A stretch of 64,000 bases of DNA from the human T2T-CHM13v2.0 reference genome, Homo sapiens. This document shows positions 20,099-32,924 of this stretch, in pieces. The notes beneath the pieces were generated by a model that ran no database searches, was not told the DNA's origin, and saw only the letters and a list, made by a program, of their open reading frames with translations. Numbering within the stretch: position 1 is the first letter of the stretch; the number at the start of each line of letters is the position of its first letter. Location: assembly GCF_009914755.1 (NCBI RefSeq), contig NC_060930.1; one strand, 5' to 3'. The position numbers were made by a program, and so were the translations under genes.

Positions 20099-21669
20099 AA
20101 AAGCATACTTTCTTCCCCATAATGTTCATCCACCCTCACCCCCTGGTCTTGTTATTTTGTCCCTTGGCCCATATTTATCCCAGGACTTTGAGAAGTTGTA
20201 TTAAGTTATTCACCAGGCTTTTTGGAGCTTCAAAATACCCCTGTTCTAAGGTAAAATTCTTTGTCCTTTACCAAAAATTGTATCTTTCAGTATCTTATGA
20301 ATTAAAAACTCTCCACTATTGTTATCTAACCTATTACTACTTCTTCTTCGATGTCATGTTGCTTTCTCGGATCAGTTGTATTTTCCAATCCACATGAATT
20401 TTGTCAAGTATGGAGGCAACCACAGAGATTCTGCTATTCCTTCTTTGTCCAGAAAGCTGTGTCTGCAACATTTCCATTTTTTCTTGGATATGACCCAATA
20501 TTAGCTCCCCCTTTATGATGTATCTGTACTCTTCCTTTAGATTTCTTGACTCTACCAAATTCCATTGGTTGCACTTATTTCTTCAAAGTTCTGTAATGTG
20601 CATTATATCTAAGCTCTTGCTTGTTTACACAGAAAACATTAGGAACACACACTCACACACATACACACCCACTTCTCTTTAAAGAAAAACAATCTAATTA
20701 TAATGATCATTAATATTGGAGAAGATCATGTACATTTTAAGATAGAAAATGATTTAAAAATAAAATATCGTTGATCAGTAGGTCTTTGGAAGTAAAGAGG
20801 TTATTGCAGTATATGTCTATGTGCTACTTCTATTAGGGTAACTCTAGAATAAAAACTTAATCAAAATTGTTCAGTGGAATAAATTATTTTTCTCTCATGA
20901 ATAAAGTTATAAAAAATCATGGAGTCTTAGCTATGATATTCAAAATGCAAACCAGTGTAAGAAGGAGGTAAGAAGTTGTTGGTACATTTACATATTGTTG
21001 CTGCATTTATTTCCTAAGGGAACATAAATGTCTTGGGGTTGGGGGGAAACAGAAGGAAGAAACCCTTTTATTCTCCTCCAAGCATAGCCAAATACAATGT
21101 CTTTTTTTCCCCAAGACTTTATAAGTTTGTGTTTGATGTTACGAAGTTATGAAGATTGAGCATTCAATGGTCTAAACATGTAAGGAAGTGATGGTGTGAA
21201 ACATATTTTCTGATGTTGACTTTTAAAGCCTTTAGTAAAATACTTAATAAACAACAGGGGAAAAATTCTCTTTGGTGGTATTTCTTACACCATATGTTTT
21301 AGTTTGAAATAATGTATTTCAGCTTCATAAGGAATAACAGTAAAAACAACCAAAATTAATCAGGAAATAAAACCTTGAGTGTGTCTCCTGAACCAAATTG
21401 TTTTCTAAGGAAACTTTGATATTCTAATATAAAGGTTGACCCCATTCAATGAGTGGCTCTGTCCCCTGCTTCCTGGGATGTCCTGTAAGATGACTGTGGT
21501 ATTCTAATACTGACATTCAATGGTTGAAAGACAACCTTTTATTTACTGGGGTTTGTAAATTTATAATTGCTGTGATTTTGTCTATATAAAGCTCTGCCAA
21601 CAAATCAATTCAATCAACACTATGAATAAAATCAGCAGAAGTAAATAAAATTTATTGTTTGAGTTCATA

Positions 21670-21805
21670 TTCATTTACTCAATAAATTTTTACTAAGCTC
21701 CTGTATGGGCTGGATACTATTTTAACAACAGTAAACCCAACAAACCGCCCTGATCTCACAAAGGTTAGATTCTAGTAGAGAAGACAGAAAAGAATAAATA
21801 AATAA
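21670..21805 (-). mobile_element. L2 3' end relic
   Basis: 'tcatttactcaataaatttttactaagc...ccctgatctcacaaaggttagattctagtagagaagacag'. Confidence 0.6.
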
Positions 21806-22059
21806 ATATTAACCTATCTATATATAAGCACCCAGAATAGTGACTGGCATATCATAGGCTTTTAAAAAAGCCATTTTTATTGAGATAAAATTTACATAAA
21901 GTATGGTAGGTAGAATAAGGTTTCCCCAAAGATGTTCATGTCTTAATCCCCAGGATCTGTTATTGTTACTTGACTAGGGTGATTAGGGTCACAGATGGAA
22001 TTCGAATTGCAATCAGCTGAATTTAAAATAAAATTATCCTGGATTATCTTGATGAGCCC

Positions 22060-23342
22060 AGCTATGGTTTAAATGTTTGTACCTTTTACTTTTTTATTTG
22101 TTTATTTTTTCATTATGAAATTTTACATCAGTAAGTATAAGGGTTACCTTTTTTTATTATACTTTAAGTTCTAGGGTACATGTGCACAACGTGCAAGTTT
22201 GTTACATGTGTATACATGTGCCATGTTGGTGTGCTGCACCCATTAACTTGTCATTTACATTAGGTATTTCCCCTAATGCTATCCCTCCCCCCTCCCTCCA
22301 CCCAATGACAGGCCCTGGTGTGTGATGTTCCCCTCCCTGCATCCAAGTGTTCTCATTGTTCAATTCCCACCTATGAGTGAGAACATGTGGTGTTTGGTTT
22401 TCTGTCCTTGCAATAGTTTGCTCAGAATGATGGTTTCCAGCTTCATCCATGTCCCTACAAAGGACATGAACTCATCCTTTTTTATGGCTGCATAGTATTC
22501 CATAGTGTATATGTGCCACATTTTCTTAATCCAGTCTATCATTGATGGACATTTGGGTTGGTTCCAAGTCTTTGCTATTGTGAATAGTGCTGCAGTAAAC
22601 ATACGTGTGCATGTGTCTTTATAGCAGGATGTTTTATAATCCTTTGGTTATATACCCAGTAATGGGATGGCTGCATCAAATGGTATCTCTAGTTCTAGAT
22701 CCCTGAGGAATCACCACATTGTCTTCCACAATGGTTGAACTAGTTTACAGTCCCACCAACAGTGTAAAAGTGTTCCTATTTCTCCACATCCTCTCCAGCA
22801 CCTGTTGTTTCCTGACTTTTTAATGATCACCATTCTAAATGGTGTGAGATGGTATCTCATTGTGGTTTTGATTTGCATTTTTCTGATGACCAGTGATGAT
22901 GAGCATTTTTTCATGTGTCTGTTAGCTGCATAAATGTCTTCTTTTGAGAAGTGTCTGTTCATATCCTTCACCCACTTTTTGATGGGGTTTGTTTGTACCT
23001 TTTTAAACTCACGTTGAAATGTAATTGCAATTGTAACTTTATTAAGATGCGAGACATTAAAAATGTGATTAGGCCATAAAGTTTCTGCCCTCGTGAATAG
23101 GTTAATGCCATTATTGCAAGAGTGGGTTCCTTATAAAACGACAAATTCAGCCCCCCTTTGCCTCCCTCTTGCCTCTCCTGGCCCTTCCATCATGGGATGA
23201 TGCAGCAAGAAAGTCCTCATCAGATACCAGTCTTGATCTTGGACTTCCCAACCTCCAGAACCATGAGTCAATACCTTTCTATTCATTATTAATTACTAAG
23301 TCTGTCTTATTGTTTTATAGCAGCATAAAATGGACTAAGACA
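22060..23342 (+). mobile_element. MST (MSTC/D-like) MaLR LTR, split by an L1
   Basis: Start 'gctatggtttaaatgtttgt', end 'gcagcataaaatggactaagaca'; 5-bp TSD agccc / ggccc. Confidence 0.8.
22088..22989 (-). mobile_element. 5'-truncated L1PA5-like element with a short 3' transduction
   Basis: ORF2 C-terminal fragments ('HMFSLIGGN'); perfect 14-bp TSD tgtttgtacctttt at 22074-22087 and 22990-23003. Confidence 0.92.
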
Positions 23343-23754
23343 GGCCCAGTGTGATTGCCATCATATCTTTCAAATATGGAAAAAGGAGGCAGAAGAGTTA
23401 ATGTCAGACTGATGCAATGTGAGAAAGACTTTACTGGCTCTTGCTGGCTTTGAAGATGAAAGAAATACATGAGCCAAGGATGGTGGGCAGCCTCTAGAAG
23501 CTGGAAAAGGCAAGAAAATATATTATCCCCCAGAAGCTCCAGAAGGAACCAGCCCCCTGACACCTTAATTTTAGCCCAGTGAGACCTATTTTGGGTTAAT
23601 GATTTCCAGAACTATAAGATAATAAATTTGTGTTGTTTTCAGCTACTAAATTTGTATCAATTTGTTACAGAAGCAATAGGAAACTAATATGTAGAATACA
23701 ATTTATAGATCCTAAGTATATAGTTGGGTAAGTCTTAACAAACATCTTCACTCA

Positions 23755-24172
23755 TTTTTAATCTTGTGTTGAAATTTGGTCTTCAATATTAGAGGTGGGG
23801 CCTAATGGGAGGTGTTTGGGTCACAAGGTTGAATCCCTCATGAATAGATTAATGTCCTCCCTGGGGTGGGGGAAGTGAGCGAGTGAGTTCTTATTCTATC
23901 AGTTCCCTCTAGAGCTGCTTGTTAAAAACAAAACAAAACCAAAAACAGCCTAGCGCCTCTTCCCGCTCTATTGCTTCCTCTCTTGCCATGTGATCTCTGC
24001 ACGCACTGGCTCTCCTTCACCTTCTGCCATGAGTGGAAGGAGCCTGAGGTGCAGATACTTGCACCGTGCTTCTTCTACAGCCTACAGAACCATAAGCCAA
24101 ACGAATCTCTTTTCTTTATAAATTGCCCAGCCTCAGATATTCCTTCATAGCAACACAAAAAGGACTTAGACA
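23755..24172 (+). mobile_element. MSTB-like MaLR LTR
   Basis: 'gaggtggggcctaatgggaggtgtttgggtca' and end 'ataaattgcccagcctcagatattccttcatagcaacacaaaaaggacttagaca'. Confidence 0.85.
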
Positions 24173-24581
24173 ACCATGTTACAGACATTTCTATCCCCTA
24201 AACAGGTTCCTCTTTGGCCCCTTCTAATCCAATTATACTTCCTCAAACAGAGGGAATCACAGTTTGAATTCCTATCAGATTAAATTACTCTTGCCTATTC
24301 TTGAACTTCATATAAATGAAATTATAAAGTATTCATTCCCTTGTGTCTGACTTTTTTCTTTCAATATACTGATTTTGATATTCATACAAGTGAATGTATC
24401 AGTAGTTCAAACCCTTTTATTGCTTAGTAGTATAGCATTGTCAGCACATATCAGATCAGTATCATGCCTGGAATTGACACTGTTGCTTCTGTCATAGTAT
24501 ATTGGTCAAAGCAGTAACAACACCCATCTAGATTTGATAGGTTGGAGAAACAACTCCTCTTAATACAAATGGCAAATACCC

Positions 24582-24950
24582 TGTTATGAACTGAATTCAT
24601 ACATTCTTCCTAGTACCCCAGAATGTGGCTGAATTTGGCAATGGGGCTTTAAAGTATTAATTAAGGTAAAAATAAGGTCATGTGAGTGGTGGTGTTTTAA
24701 GACAATATGACAAGTGTCCTTTTAAGAAGAGGAGGACACTGGCAGGGATATGCACAGAGGAAAGACCATGCAAGTACAAAGGGAGAAGATAGCCATTTAC
24801 AAGACAAAGAGAAGACTCAAAATGAAACCAACCCTGCTGACGTCTTGGTTTTGTTCTTCTAGCATCCAGAACTGTGAGGAAATAAATTTCTGTGGTTTGA
24901 GCCACCCAAGCTGTGGTATTTGTTACAGCAGCACTCACAAACTGATACAG
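24582..24950 (+). mobile_element. MLT1A/B-like MaLR LTR
   Basis: TG...CA termini; 'ccagaactgtgaggaaataaatttctgtggtttgagccaccc'. Confidence 0.85.
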
Positions 24951-25009
24951 ACCCATTGTAGAAGATGGGAGATATTATTGTGGCTAAATACAATCTTCCA
25001 TGGTTAGAT

Positions 25010-26372
25010 TGGTTAGGTTTAAGCCCTCTGCTTTCTGTTGGTTTTCTATTTGTCCCATCTGTTGTTTTGTTTTGGTATTCTTTTGCCTTTCTTGCCTTCT
25101 TTTGGTTTAATTAATTTTTTTTTTTACTTTTTTTGTGAGGTCCTTGCTTCACAGATTAATTTTTACAATTTGATTTTCCTCCTTTTAGCTGTAACTCTGT
25201 TGCATTATTTTAGTGGTTGCTCTAGGGATTACATTATGCATCCTTAACCTAGTTAGAATCAACATTGTACCACTTCCACTAACACTTAAGAGACTTGAAA
25301 CAGGGGAAATCATTTGTGCTCTTGTCATATGTTTTTCTTATATATATTGTAAACATTACAAACAGTTTTATCATTTTTTCTTTAAGCAGTCAGTTGTCTT
25401 TTAAAGAAGTTAGGGAAAAAGGAAAATTGACCTTTATATCTACCCATTTATTCAACTTTTCTGGAGTTCTTCATATCTTCTTGTAGATTTGACATTCTAT
25501 GTAGCATTTGCCTTCAATCTAAAGAATTTCCTTTAGTATTTCTTAAAGTAAGGGTCTGGTTGCCAAAAATATTTATTTTAGTATTATCCAAAAAAATTTT
25601 ATCCTCAATTTGAAGCATATTTCCACAGTATTTAGAATGATAGTTTGACAGGTTTAAAAAATCTCTTTTTGTTAGGAGTTGAACTGTGTTCCCCTCCACC
25701 TCTAATTTCATAAGTTGATGTCCTAACTCTAGTACCACATGATATGACTGTGTTTGGAGATAGGGTCTTTACAGAGGGAATAAACCTAAAATGAGGTCCT
25801 TAGGATCTCCTAATCCAATATGGTTGGGGTTCTTATTAAAAAAAAAAAGAAATTTGTGTACAGAGACTTGCACAGAGGAAAGATGATGTGAATAGGCATA
25901 GAGAGAAGATGGCAACCTACCAGCCAAGCCATTTCTGTTATAGTACAGCTCATATCCCACTGGGGAATGAAGCAGCCCATAAAGAGAGAGGCTTTATGCT
26001 CAGGCAAATACCCAAGGGAATCACCACACAGATTTCTAGGGACCCCATTGTACTGCTTTCTCTATGCTGCACCATGACATGTGCATTCCAGCTCCTCGAT
26101 ACCCCTAAACGACTTTGTTCTCTCAGCTCACTGAGTTCATCTTTTCCTCCTGAGTTCCACATCCCTGGGTTGTCAGGAAAGTGCCCTGAGGAAGAAAACT
26201 GCAGAATTGTGCAGCTCATTTATGTGTTTCCTGTCTTGAAAGCATCAAAACCAGTGTTGGTGTTTAATACCTGAAGAAAAGTTTGCCCTTATAATTTCTA
26301 CAGTTTTATAAGTTGTTTTTCATGGCAGAAAAAGTCCAATACCACTTACTCCATCATGTCCTGAAGTGGAAG
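25010..26372 (-). mobile_element. Ancient L1M relic: inter-ORF region ~25010-25668 and 5' end ~25980-26372
   Basis: T-rich L1M-like tract; terminal 'cttactccatcatgtcctgaagtggaagt' resembles the L1MC/ME 5' end. Confidence 0.55.
25669..25928 (+). mobile_element. MLT1B-like LTR, 3'-truncated
   Basis: 'tgttaggagttgaactgtgttcccc...tttggagatagggtcttta...gagaagatggcaacctaccagccaag', then homology stops. Confidence 0.8.
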
Positions 26373-27682
26373 TTTAATACTGAATACATTTTTAAGCATA
26401 AAGAACGAATTCGAGTTCGTGTTCCTAGTGTTTAGTATAATTCCTGGCACAGTTGGTGCTTAATACATTTTGGATAAATTTCTAAGATTTCAGAGAAAAT
26501 CTACTGTTAAAACACATTATTGGTTCACAATAAATTTAGAAGAAAGGAAAACAGGAGTAGAGGCGGTATTTTAGGCAAATAGAAATAAATGTTTCCATTT
26601 CTGGAATGGTTTTATTGGTAAACACTATAGAGAAGATTGAGGGATAGCGTTGCAGTGCAGATTATATGTAGAGAGAAAATTGACTTCTATAATAGACTTG
26701 GCTATTGGGAAAAACAACCATGTTGGTGTTTTGGAAAAAAGCAACCATACTGGTGATATCAGAAGAAATAAATACACATAAGTTTCTGTGGGGATTAAGA
26801 AAAATATATCTTGACAAGAGACATATCTTGTCTGATGGTGGATGTCACTATCTTCTTTGTAAGAAGGCTATAGTAATGAGGGCAACATTTTCTCCTTTTC
26901 AGCAGTTTTCATCTTATTTTCTGAGGGATTTTTGTGGCTTAATGCATAGTCCAGCTGGGGAATCCTTCTATGTATGGATCCCAAAGGTCCATTCTGTATG
27001 TCACCAACTAGGATGGGTTGTCAGCATCATGCTTAGTTCTCAGGGATAGTTCTGTCACCCTAATAACATGGTGACACCTCACCTTTATGCTAACAGAATA
27101 CAATGTTTATTGCTGCAACTCTTAAAAAGGACAATGCTTCTGCTTTTCTTCTTTTCAAGCTGGTATTCTCAGTAAAATATCCATTAAGGGAATCAATTGT
27201 GTTTCATTGTCACAGCTTGGATGCCCACTTTTTTTTCCTTTAACCTCTTTATTCCCCATCTCTGACCATTCTATGTAGACATAAACCTATGTTCTTATTT
27301 CCTAGAGAAACAAAGAGGCAGCAGAGTTAAAATTTGCCAATAAATCATGGAAACTTCTGTAGTACAGGTTTTATTAACGATGGAGTAGAATTATGCAGAT
27401 CCCCCTAGCTGCCTGAGTCCTGACACTTCCTCCTTCAGAGAATTAACTTGATTCAAGACTCTGGAAAGCAAGAGGATGACTAAAGATATTAACAAGATTG
27501 ATTTATGCAAAATAAACTGCAACAATGAATATAACGTGCATTATGCAAACCAGAGGCAATGTACTTCAGAACCAGTCATTTGAAATCTTAATTATAATGG
27601 TTGTATATTGAAGCACACAGCAATGACAATGTCCCATATTAAACATTTGACCTTAGAGCTATCATATAAAAATTTTAGTTTA

Positions 27683-28010
<328 letters not shown>

Positions 28011-28410
28011 TTAAAAAGAAACTTTAAAAAAGCCATTAAAAGTCACAACACCTAAATTGTTATGAGCTTATATGTATTTTTTGACTTAACAAATGTGACA
28101 ACATGACAAGCGATAGAAGACAGCTGAGCACATTTCACAGGTGCCTTTCTGCTCTACAACACACCTTATATGCCTAATGAGGATTTAACCTTTTCTATTG
28201 TAATACAGCTCATATCCCACTGGGGAATGAAGCAGCCATTAATGCACAGCTATTAACTTCTGTGTAACAGATAGATATGGAGCAAAGCATCCTCTGTTTT
28301 GCTGTTGCCTTTTTGTGAAACAGCAGTGAAATTTCCTACAATAGTAATAATGATAATAATGCCCTACATTTAGTTAGTGATTTACAGTTTACACCGTGTT
28401 TTAAGATTTA

Positions 28411-28643
28411 GAATAACAATAGCTACTATTTATTCTCTGTTGTATGTATTTCAGGCATTACATGTACCTTGTTGGCTTAATCCTTACAACTCTGTGAGGC
28501 AGCCATTGTTTTCCCCACTTTCTGGATGAGAAAACTGAGCTTTGAGAAATTAAGTAATTGAATTAAGGTCATATAACTAGTGCTAGGTCAGAGCTGAGAT
28601 CTGTGTGACTCAAAGTCAATGGTTAAAACTGTTTTGTACTGCC
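28411..28643 (-). mobile_element. MIR SINE
   Basis: 'ccccactttctggatgagaaaactgagctttgagaaattaagtaattg...aaggtca'. Confidence 0.8.
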
Positions 28644-29114
28644 TAGTTTGATGCTCACAACAAATATGTTCTAATGTTAAACAATTATAGCAGTTCTCTG
28701 CCCTGTTCTCAAAGTGTTACAAACTATTATGATTTGAAAAATTATATATTTACCTAAAATGAACAAATGGAAAAAGCTGTTGCTTGGCTAAAATTGTTCT
28801 CTACTTTTTTTCATATTATCTTTCACATCTCCTGCACCCCCATATGCAATCACCTCTGACAGAGCTCACCACTCACACTGTTCATCAGCTTGGAAATCTT
28901 CCTGGCTACCCGGTCATGAGACAAGCTGTGTTCAATAGGAGACCATTATTCCATCACAAATTATCTCATGTGTGTGTGCATGTATGAGGTAGGGGAAGAG
29001 AACAAGCCAATCCAAGCAAATACAAAGGGAGCAATCAGTTTTTCTGTGGCAACAGTGATAGCTCCCATGCACCATATTTGCGATTTTGCTGAGTTATGCT
29101 GGGATATTATTAAT

Positions 29115-29265
29115 ATTCACTCACTCATTCATTTATTCAATAAGTAATACTTGAGCATCCACTCTATGATAGGCTTCATACTAGGTGCTAGAAATACAGT
29201 GAAAAATACAGATGTATTCCTTACCCTCACAGAGCTTATTATCTATCTGGGAATATAGATATTAC
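29115..29265 (-). mobile_element. L2 3' end
   Basis: (cattc)-type tail followed by 'ttgagcatccactctatg...ctaggtgctagaaatacagtgaa...cctcacagagctta'. Confidence 0.75.
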
Positions 29266-30587
29266 CCCTTAAAACATAGTGTAAAAAAGGAGGTTTAGAA
29301 AATGGTGACAAAGCATAGGTCTTAGACCAGCAACAAACAAGGTTGCTTTTGAGAGTAGGGGAGCACTGCCTTCCAACTCCTGATGTTTCCATTCTTGTTG
29401 GAGGACATGAATTAATGTAACACCCAGCTTCTCTCAGTTTTGTTTCATTCTCTGGGTGTCACTCCTGTTTGTCTTCACTCTTGCTCTCCACTTTTCCCCA
29501 TCCAATCTTAACTGACTGGTAAGTTTGGGAAGAGGAACCAGACACATGTAGCCCCATGCCTTCCATTCTCCTTCTCTGTGGGACTCCTGTCCACAGGAAG
29601 TATATGCTCTTATCTAAGCTTCCATACTGATAGCATCCCAGGCTGGCTCTGCCCTTGGGGAAGGCCTGTGGATTTCAGCCCTGTCTGGGACTTGAGGGGT
29701 CTAATTCTTGGGTGAAATATTATAATCACAGGGTTATGGTACATTTAAGCCACATTCTTACATATGTGCTTAAAGAATAGTAAGGTGGTACTTCAACCCA
29801 AAAGCATCTTACTTTTTTGTGTTATTTTTCAAATGCCTCAGAAAGCCATTTGGATGTGGAGAGATAGGTGTAAATTATTGAGTTCACCTACAGCCCAACT
29901 GTAGCCATAGAAAACACTGATTATAAAAAGCATATTTAAAACATATCTGCTTTAAAGGAGGACTAAGTAACATAAAATTATTCTTATATCCCAATTGTCA
30001 ACATGATTACTGCCTGTTCTTTTGTTTCCCACAATGATATTGTTTGAATAAGGGTAGTACTGGAATGAAAAATTAGGGGATTATTTTGTGTTTAATAATT
30101 GGCATCTAATTCCTCTTTGGCCTTTACTACATATACCATTATCATTGGTAAATTTAACTTGTGGCTCTTTGTGAATGAATTTTTCTTGTTACATAATATT
30201 AAACCATGGAGATTTACTTTTTTGTGACATAATATATATGCAGAAAACTTTACAAAATATAAATGCTCACCAGCTCATTGAATTATGACTGGATATCAAC
30301 TTTTCAAAGTGAATTCTGATAAGAAAAATAATATGATGGGTTTGTTTTCATTTCTGTTGATCTCCTTTTGTTGTTGTTGTTGATCTCTTTATGTGCCAAA
30401 TACATCAGTCTACATATTTGTTCTTTATTCTCATCTTAGCAATGCAGCTCTTAGAATGCAGTTGATGATCAGGATACCTCCTAATGTGTGAATTGCCTCT
30501 TATTGACTGTGTGCGTGCTATTGAGATTGCTGTCTCCTCCTACCTTGCCAACATCTGTCATTGCCAGCATCACTCCATGCATGTATA

Positions 30588-32638
30588 CAGACACACTTGT
30601 TTTATTCCACTTTGCTTTATTGAACTTCACAGATATTGAGTTTTTTATGAATTGAAGTTTTGTAGGAACCCTGCATCATGCAAGTCTATTGGTACCATTT
30701 TTCCAATAGCATGTGCTCACTTGACATCTCTGTGTCACATTTTGGTAATTTTCAGAATATTTTAAACTTTATTATTATTATTATTATATCTGTTATGATG
30801 ATCTGTGATCAAGATCTTTGATGTTACCATCGTAATTGTTTTGGGGTCTCATGAACCATGGCCATATAAGACAACGAACTTAATAAATGTGTGTGTTCTA
30901 ACTGCTCCAGCTATTCTCTCATGTCTCTTTCTCTCCTCAGGCCTCCTTATTCTCTTGAGACAAAATAATGTGGAGATTAGGCCAATCAATAATCCTACAA
31001 TGGCTTCTAAGTATTAAATGAAAGGAAGAGTCACTTGTCTCTTACTTTATATCAAAATCTAGAAATGTGTAAGTTTAGGTGAGGAAGGCATGTTGAAAAC
31101 TAAGATAAGCTGAAAGCTAGGTCTCTTGCAACAAACATTTAGCCAAGTTGTGAAAGAAAAGGAAAAGCTCTTGCTTTTACTTTTACTATTACTTTTACTA
31201 TTGAAAATCTGTTGTTTAGTGCAGCCACCATCATCAGCGTTCTTAGCTAGCTCTTCTGGATAACTTCCTGCAACTTCTGCATCAGCACTTGCTGCTTCAT
31301 CTTGCATTTTACGTTTTGTTATGGAGATAGCTTCTTTCCTTAAACTTCAAGAACCAATCTTGTTAGCTTCCAATTGTTTTTCTGCAGCTTCCTCACCTCG
31401 CTCAGTTTTCACAGAATTGAAGAGAATTAGGACCTTACTCTGGATTAGGCTTTGGCTTAAGGGAGTGTTGTGGCTGATTTGATCTTCTATCCAGACCACT
31501 AAAACTTTCTCTGTATCAATAATAAGACTGTCTCACCTTCTTATCATTCGTGTGTTCACTGGAGTAGCACTTTTAATTTCACTAGTAAAAGTGGAATAGC
31601 ACTTTTACTATTACTGCTCCTTGACTATGCACCTGGTCATCTAAGACGTCTGATGGAGATGTACAACGAGATTAATATTGTTTTCATGCTTACCAACACA
31701 ACATCTATTCTGCAGCTCATGGATGAAGGGTAATTTTTTATTTTAGAGTCTTATTATTTAAGAGATACATTTTATAAAGCTATAGCTGCCATAGAGAGTG
31801 ATTCCTCTGATGGATTTGGGCAAAGTAAATTTTGGAAAGGAGTCACCATTCTGGACATCATTACGAACATTCATGGTTCATAGGAGGAGGTCAAAATATC
31901 AACATTAACAGGAGTTTGGAAAAAGTTGGTTCCAACCCTCATGGATGACTTTGAGAGATACAAGACTTCAATGGACAAAGTAACTGCAGATTTGGTGGAA
32001 ACAGCAAGAGAACTAGAATTAGAAGTGGAGCCTGAAGGTGTGACTGAATTGATGCAATCTCATAATCAAAATTTAATGGATTGGGAATTGCTTCTTATAA
32101 ATGAGCAAAGACAGTAGTTTCTTGAGATGGAATCTACTCCTGGTGAAGATGCTATGCACCTATTTGATATGACAATAAAGGATCTAGAATATTACATAAA
32201 CTTATTTGATAAAGCCACAGTAGGGTTTAAGAGGATTTACTCCAATTTTGAAGTAAATCCTACTGTGGTTAAAATGCTATCAAACAGATGTTACAGAGAA
32301 ATCTTTTGAGGAAGGATAATCAGGGCAACAAACTTTATTGCCTTTTTGTCAGAGATTGCCACAGCCATTCCAACCTTCAGCAACCACCACCCCGATCAGT
32401 CAGCACCCATCAACATTGAGGCAAGACCCTCCATCAGCAAAAAGATTACAACTTAGCATGTTTAGCAATCAAGTATTTTTCAATTAAGTTATGTACACTG
32501 TTTTTTGGTGTACTGTTAGTAGACTACAGTACAGTGTAAGCATAACTGCTATATGTACCAGGAAACAAAAAAATTTCTGTGACTCACTTTACTGCAGTGG
32601 CCTGGAACTGAACCTGCAATATATTCAAGGTATTCCTA
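30588..32638 (+). mobile_element. Tigger1 DNA transposon with both ends, carrying an internal inversion and deletion
   Basis: Ends 'cagacacacttgttttatt' and 'aatatattcaaggtattccta', each flanked by TA; transposase remnants '[13 protein letters not shown]', '[11 protein letters not shown]', and inverted 'EAASADAEVAGSYPEELAK'. Confidence 0.92.
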
Positions 32639-32924
32639 TATATGTAGAGAGTCCATAAAGAGAGGCTGTCAACCTGAGGATATTGTTCCACTTCCTTAGG
32701 GTCTTGGGACGGTTGGAGGGGAAAAAAGGAAAATGTAATCCCCCTTTTTTTTCATTTTGAATGATATGAGTCATATTTTTGTAGATGAATCCTCCAGTTC
32801 ATTCAACTTAGAACTATATCTTTGCTTGATTAACTCTCACACAAATACAATCAACCCTTCCTCTAAACAATATATATGACAATTTTTGCTGTATTAATTA
32901 CACTTACTACTATGTTGTTCTGGT

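Larger units (their letters stand above)
21903..23691 (+). mobile_element. MLT1D-like MaLR LTR, split (21903-22059 and 23343-23691)
   Basis: 'attatcctggattatcttgatgagccc' resumes as 'ggcccagtgtgatt'; 'gcagcctctagaagctggaaaaggcaagaaaa'; ends 'gcaataggaaactaata'. Confidence 0.8.
21875..24440 (-). mobile_element. L1ME-like 3' end in three pieces (~21875-21902, 23692-23754, 24173-24440), host of the MaLR nest
   Basis: 'tttttattgagataaaatttacata' and 'gaacttcatataaatgaaattata...tgtgtctgactttttt' are L1ME-type 3'UTR motifs. Confidence 0.6.

Noticed and set aside
20337-20558. 73-aa minus-strand ORF in unassigned DNA as an exon or retrogene
   Set aside because: No recognisable homology, no ATG start, no convincing splice pair, tail or TSD; possibly a very old LINE relic. 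BLASTX/Dfam would settle it.
22497-22935. Single-base variants shared by the truncated L1PA5 with the full L1PA5 (catAgtg, ggTtat) and with the L1PA4 (atgTttta, gttAgctg)
   Set aside because: Isolated substitutions spread over hundreds of bp; homoplasy or sub-lineage markers explain them equally well. Worth including only in a formal conversion test.
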